Made by a program: the position numbers and the translations under genes. From Calcarisporiella thermophila CBS 279.70 (taxonomy: Eukaryota; Fungi; Calcarisporiellomycota), in NCBI RefSeq assembly GCF_041956535.1, contig NW_027192191.1:193702-257701 (forward strand): a DNA stretch of 64,000 bases, read 5' to 3'. The notes under the pieces are model-generated. The model was not told where the DNA came from, did no database searches, and saw only the letters and a list, made by a program, of their open reading frames with translations. Positions 62,538 through 64,000 of this stretch are shown piece by piece. The first letter of the stretch is position 1; each line of letters opens with the position of its first letter.

Positions 62538-62970
62538 TGATACATCCGCCTTGAAATTTTAAGTATCTCGTAATTCCCCATAAATCTCAGGATTTGGGTT
62601 ATTTAGATCGTTTTTCTACCACCACTATCACCTCTTCTTTTTCGTATCTCTGAAGCTGGTGAACTCACAGCTCCTAGGTTATTTTTTCATACTTCGCCTC
62701 CTCCTGTAATTATTTCATGTTGATGAAAGGAAAAAACATTGAAAACTTAATAAAAGAGAATTAATAATTCGGTAAGGTTCCACAACTATGGATGAGACTG
62801 AGCCACAGGAAATTTTTGACGTCTTCCAAGCTTGAAATTAAAGCTCCCCGAAAGGGAATTAAGACAGGCACTCTAAACACACTATTCCGGCGTTATTATA
62901 TTTGTTTTTTCTTGATTCATCTTTAAAATCTTGTGCACACCTTCTATAAAGTGAAGAGTTAATTGAATCA

Positions 62971-64000
62971 ATGTCCACTACTCGAAGACGCCCTCGGCCC
63001 ACAAACGGTTCGGTTTCACCGCTTTATGCGGCAACAACGGTGTCTGCAACTAGCACACCGACAGAGGACAGAAAACGACGGAGAAAAGAAAGTGAGGATG
63101 AGGGAGAGGGATGGAGCGGCAATGGCAATGGTAAGATTACCAATGACTTGCTTGTTCTTTCCGATGCTAACCTATGTTTGAATGATGGGGCTCTCCTTCA
63201 AGGCTTGGATTCCCCTGCTACGGATGAGAGCAGTAAGGAAGATGATGACGAGACACGTAATCTAAAACGGGTGTATAGACTCACCAGCGGGCGGATGAAA
63301 AGACTGAAGGACAAGTTCATCGATCTAAAGGACCAGTAATATCTACTATTTTTTAAGCTTCATTACTCCATCCATTGCGATAACGCCTCAAAATCTAATT
63401 TAGATTGTTCCTGGCCCAGCTGAAAGATCTCGAGCAGGAAAGCACAGAGTTGGAAAATGGGCAACACACAGGGCTAATCGAGCGACTACAAGGTGCAGAA
63501 GAACGATGTAAAAAAAGCTGCGAATTGGCAGAGGCCCGTTTTCGGGTGCGCCAGGACGCGGCTGAATCGCTGTATAAGGGTGAGGTGAAAAGGGCTCGGG
63601 ATGATTTTTTGGTCAGTGGTTTCATCAACATACAGTTTACTTTACTTTATCCCATTTACTAATGTGTGGGGGGGTATATTTTTGCCTTTTAGACTAAAAA
63701 AGAGATGCTGCGACAAGAAATGATAGAGGAGCTGTTCGCTCGAGCAACGAAAATTCGGGACGAGTTAGAGATGGAGCTGACATACGTGCCTGGTCGGCGT
63801 CGCCAGAAAATAACAACTTTGAGCACACCAACGGGTTTACAAGAGAATGAAATCGAGATGGATTTACAGATCATCCGTGGTACTGCCTTTGCAACCCCCC
63901 TCCAGACGTTGGCTAGAACTACTACTTTCGAGGCTCATGCTAAGCCAATAGCGCAGCCGGAAGCTCAAATCTCGCTCCTGCCACCCTTGCAGCACCAACT
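62971..64000 (+). CDS. Sds3/BRMS1/Dep1-like Sin3-HDAC complex subunit (runs off the right edge)
   Basis: Spliced LKDKFIDLKDQLFLAQLKDLEQESTELENGQH...ARDDFLTKKEMLRQEMIEEL...GLQENEIEMDLQII, the typical Sds3-like coiled-coil pattern. Confidence 0.82.

Noticed and set aside
1-64000. tRNA, rRNA, snRNA, CRISPR, TPP riboswitch or transposase sequences
   Set aside because: No diagnostic motifs recognised by eye; a covariance-model search (tRNAscan-SE, Rfam) would be needed to exclude them firmly.

Overview
Gene-dense eukaryotic DNA with many short (mostly 60-130 nt) GT-AG introns and fungal-type proteins, most consistent with an early-diverging fungus (Mucoromycota-like; inferred from protein and intron style). 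About 30 protein-coding genes can be rebuilt by splicing by hand. They include RPL31, a CASTOR/GATS-like ACT protein, GWT1, an Nramp, an aldo-keto reductase, an SH3-like+TBC protein, a long-chain acyl-CoA synthetase, SEC61, EFM4, an FPR3/4-type FKBP, ATG27, a RhoGAP, a spartin-like protein, TRM732/THADA, DBT, an HSF-type factor, a Ran1/Pat1-type kinase, a PHO91-type SPX transporter and an Sds3-like gene. Three multi-exon genes are invisible in the ORF track (UPF0658-like, SEN15, MZM1). The best leads are a textbook minor-spliceosome (U12-type) intron inside the SPX domain of the phosphate transporter, a probable Atg31 homolog outside the lineages where Atg31 is usually described, two apparent pseudoenzymes (TBC and FKBP domains), a 5-nt micro-exon in the acyl-CoA synthetase AMP-binding motif, and a structured two-hairpin first intron in SEC61. 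No rRNA, tRNA, CRISPR array or intact transposon was recognised. All family calls come from motif recognition, not database searches.
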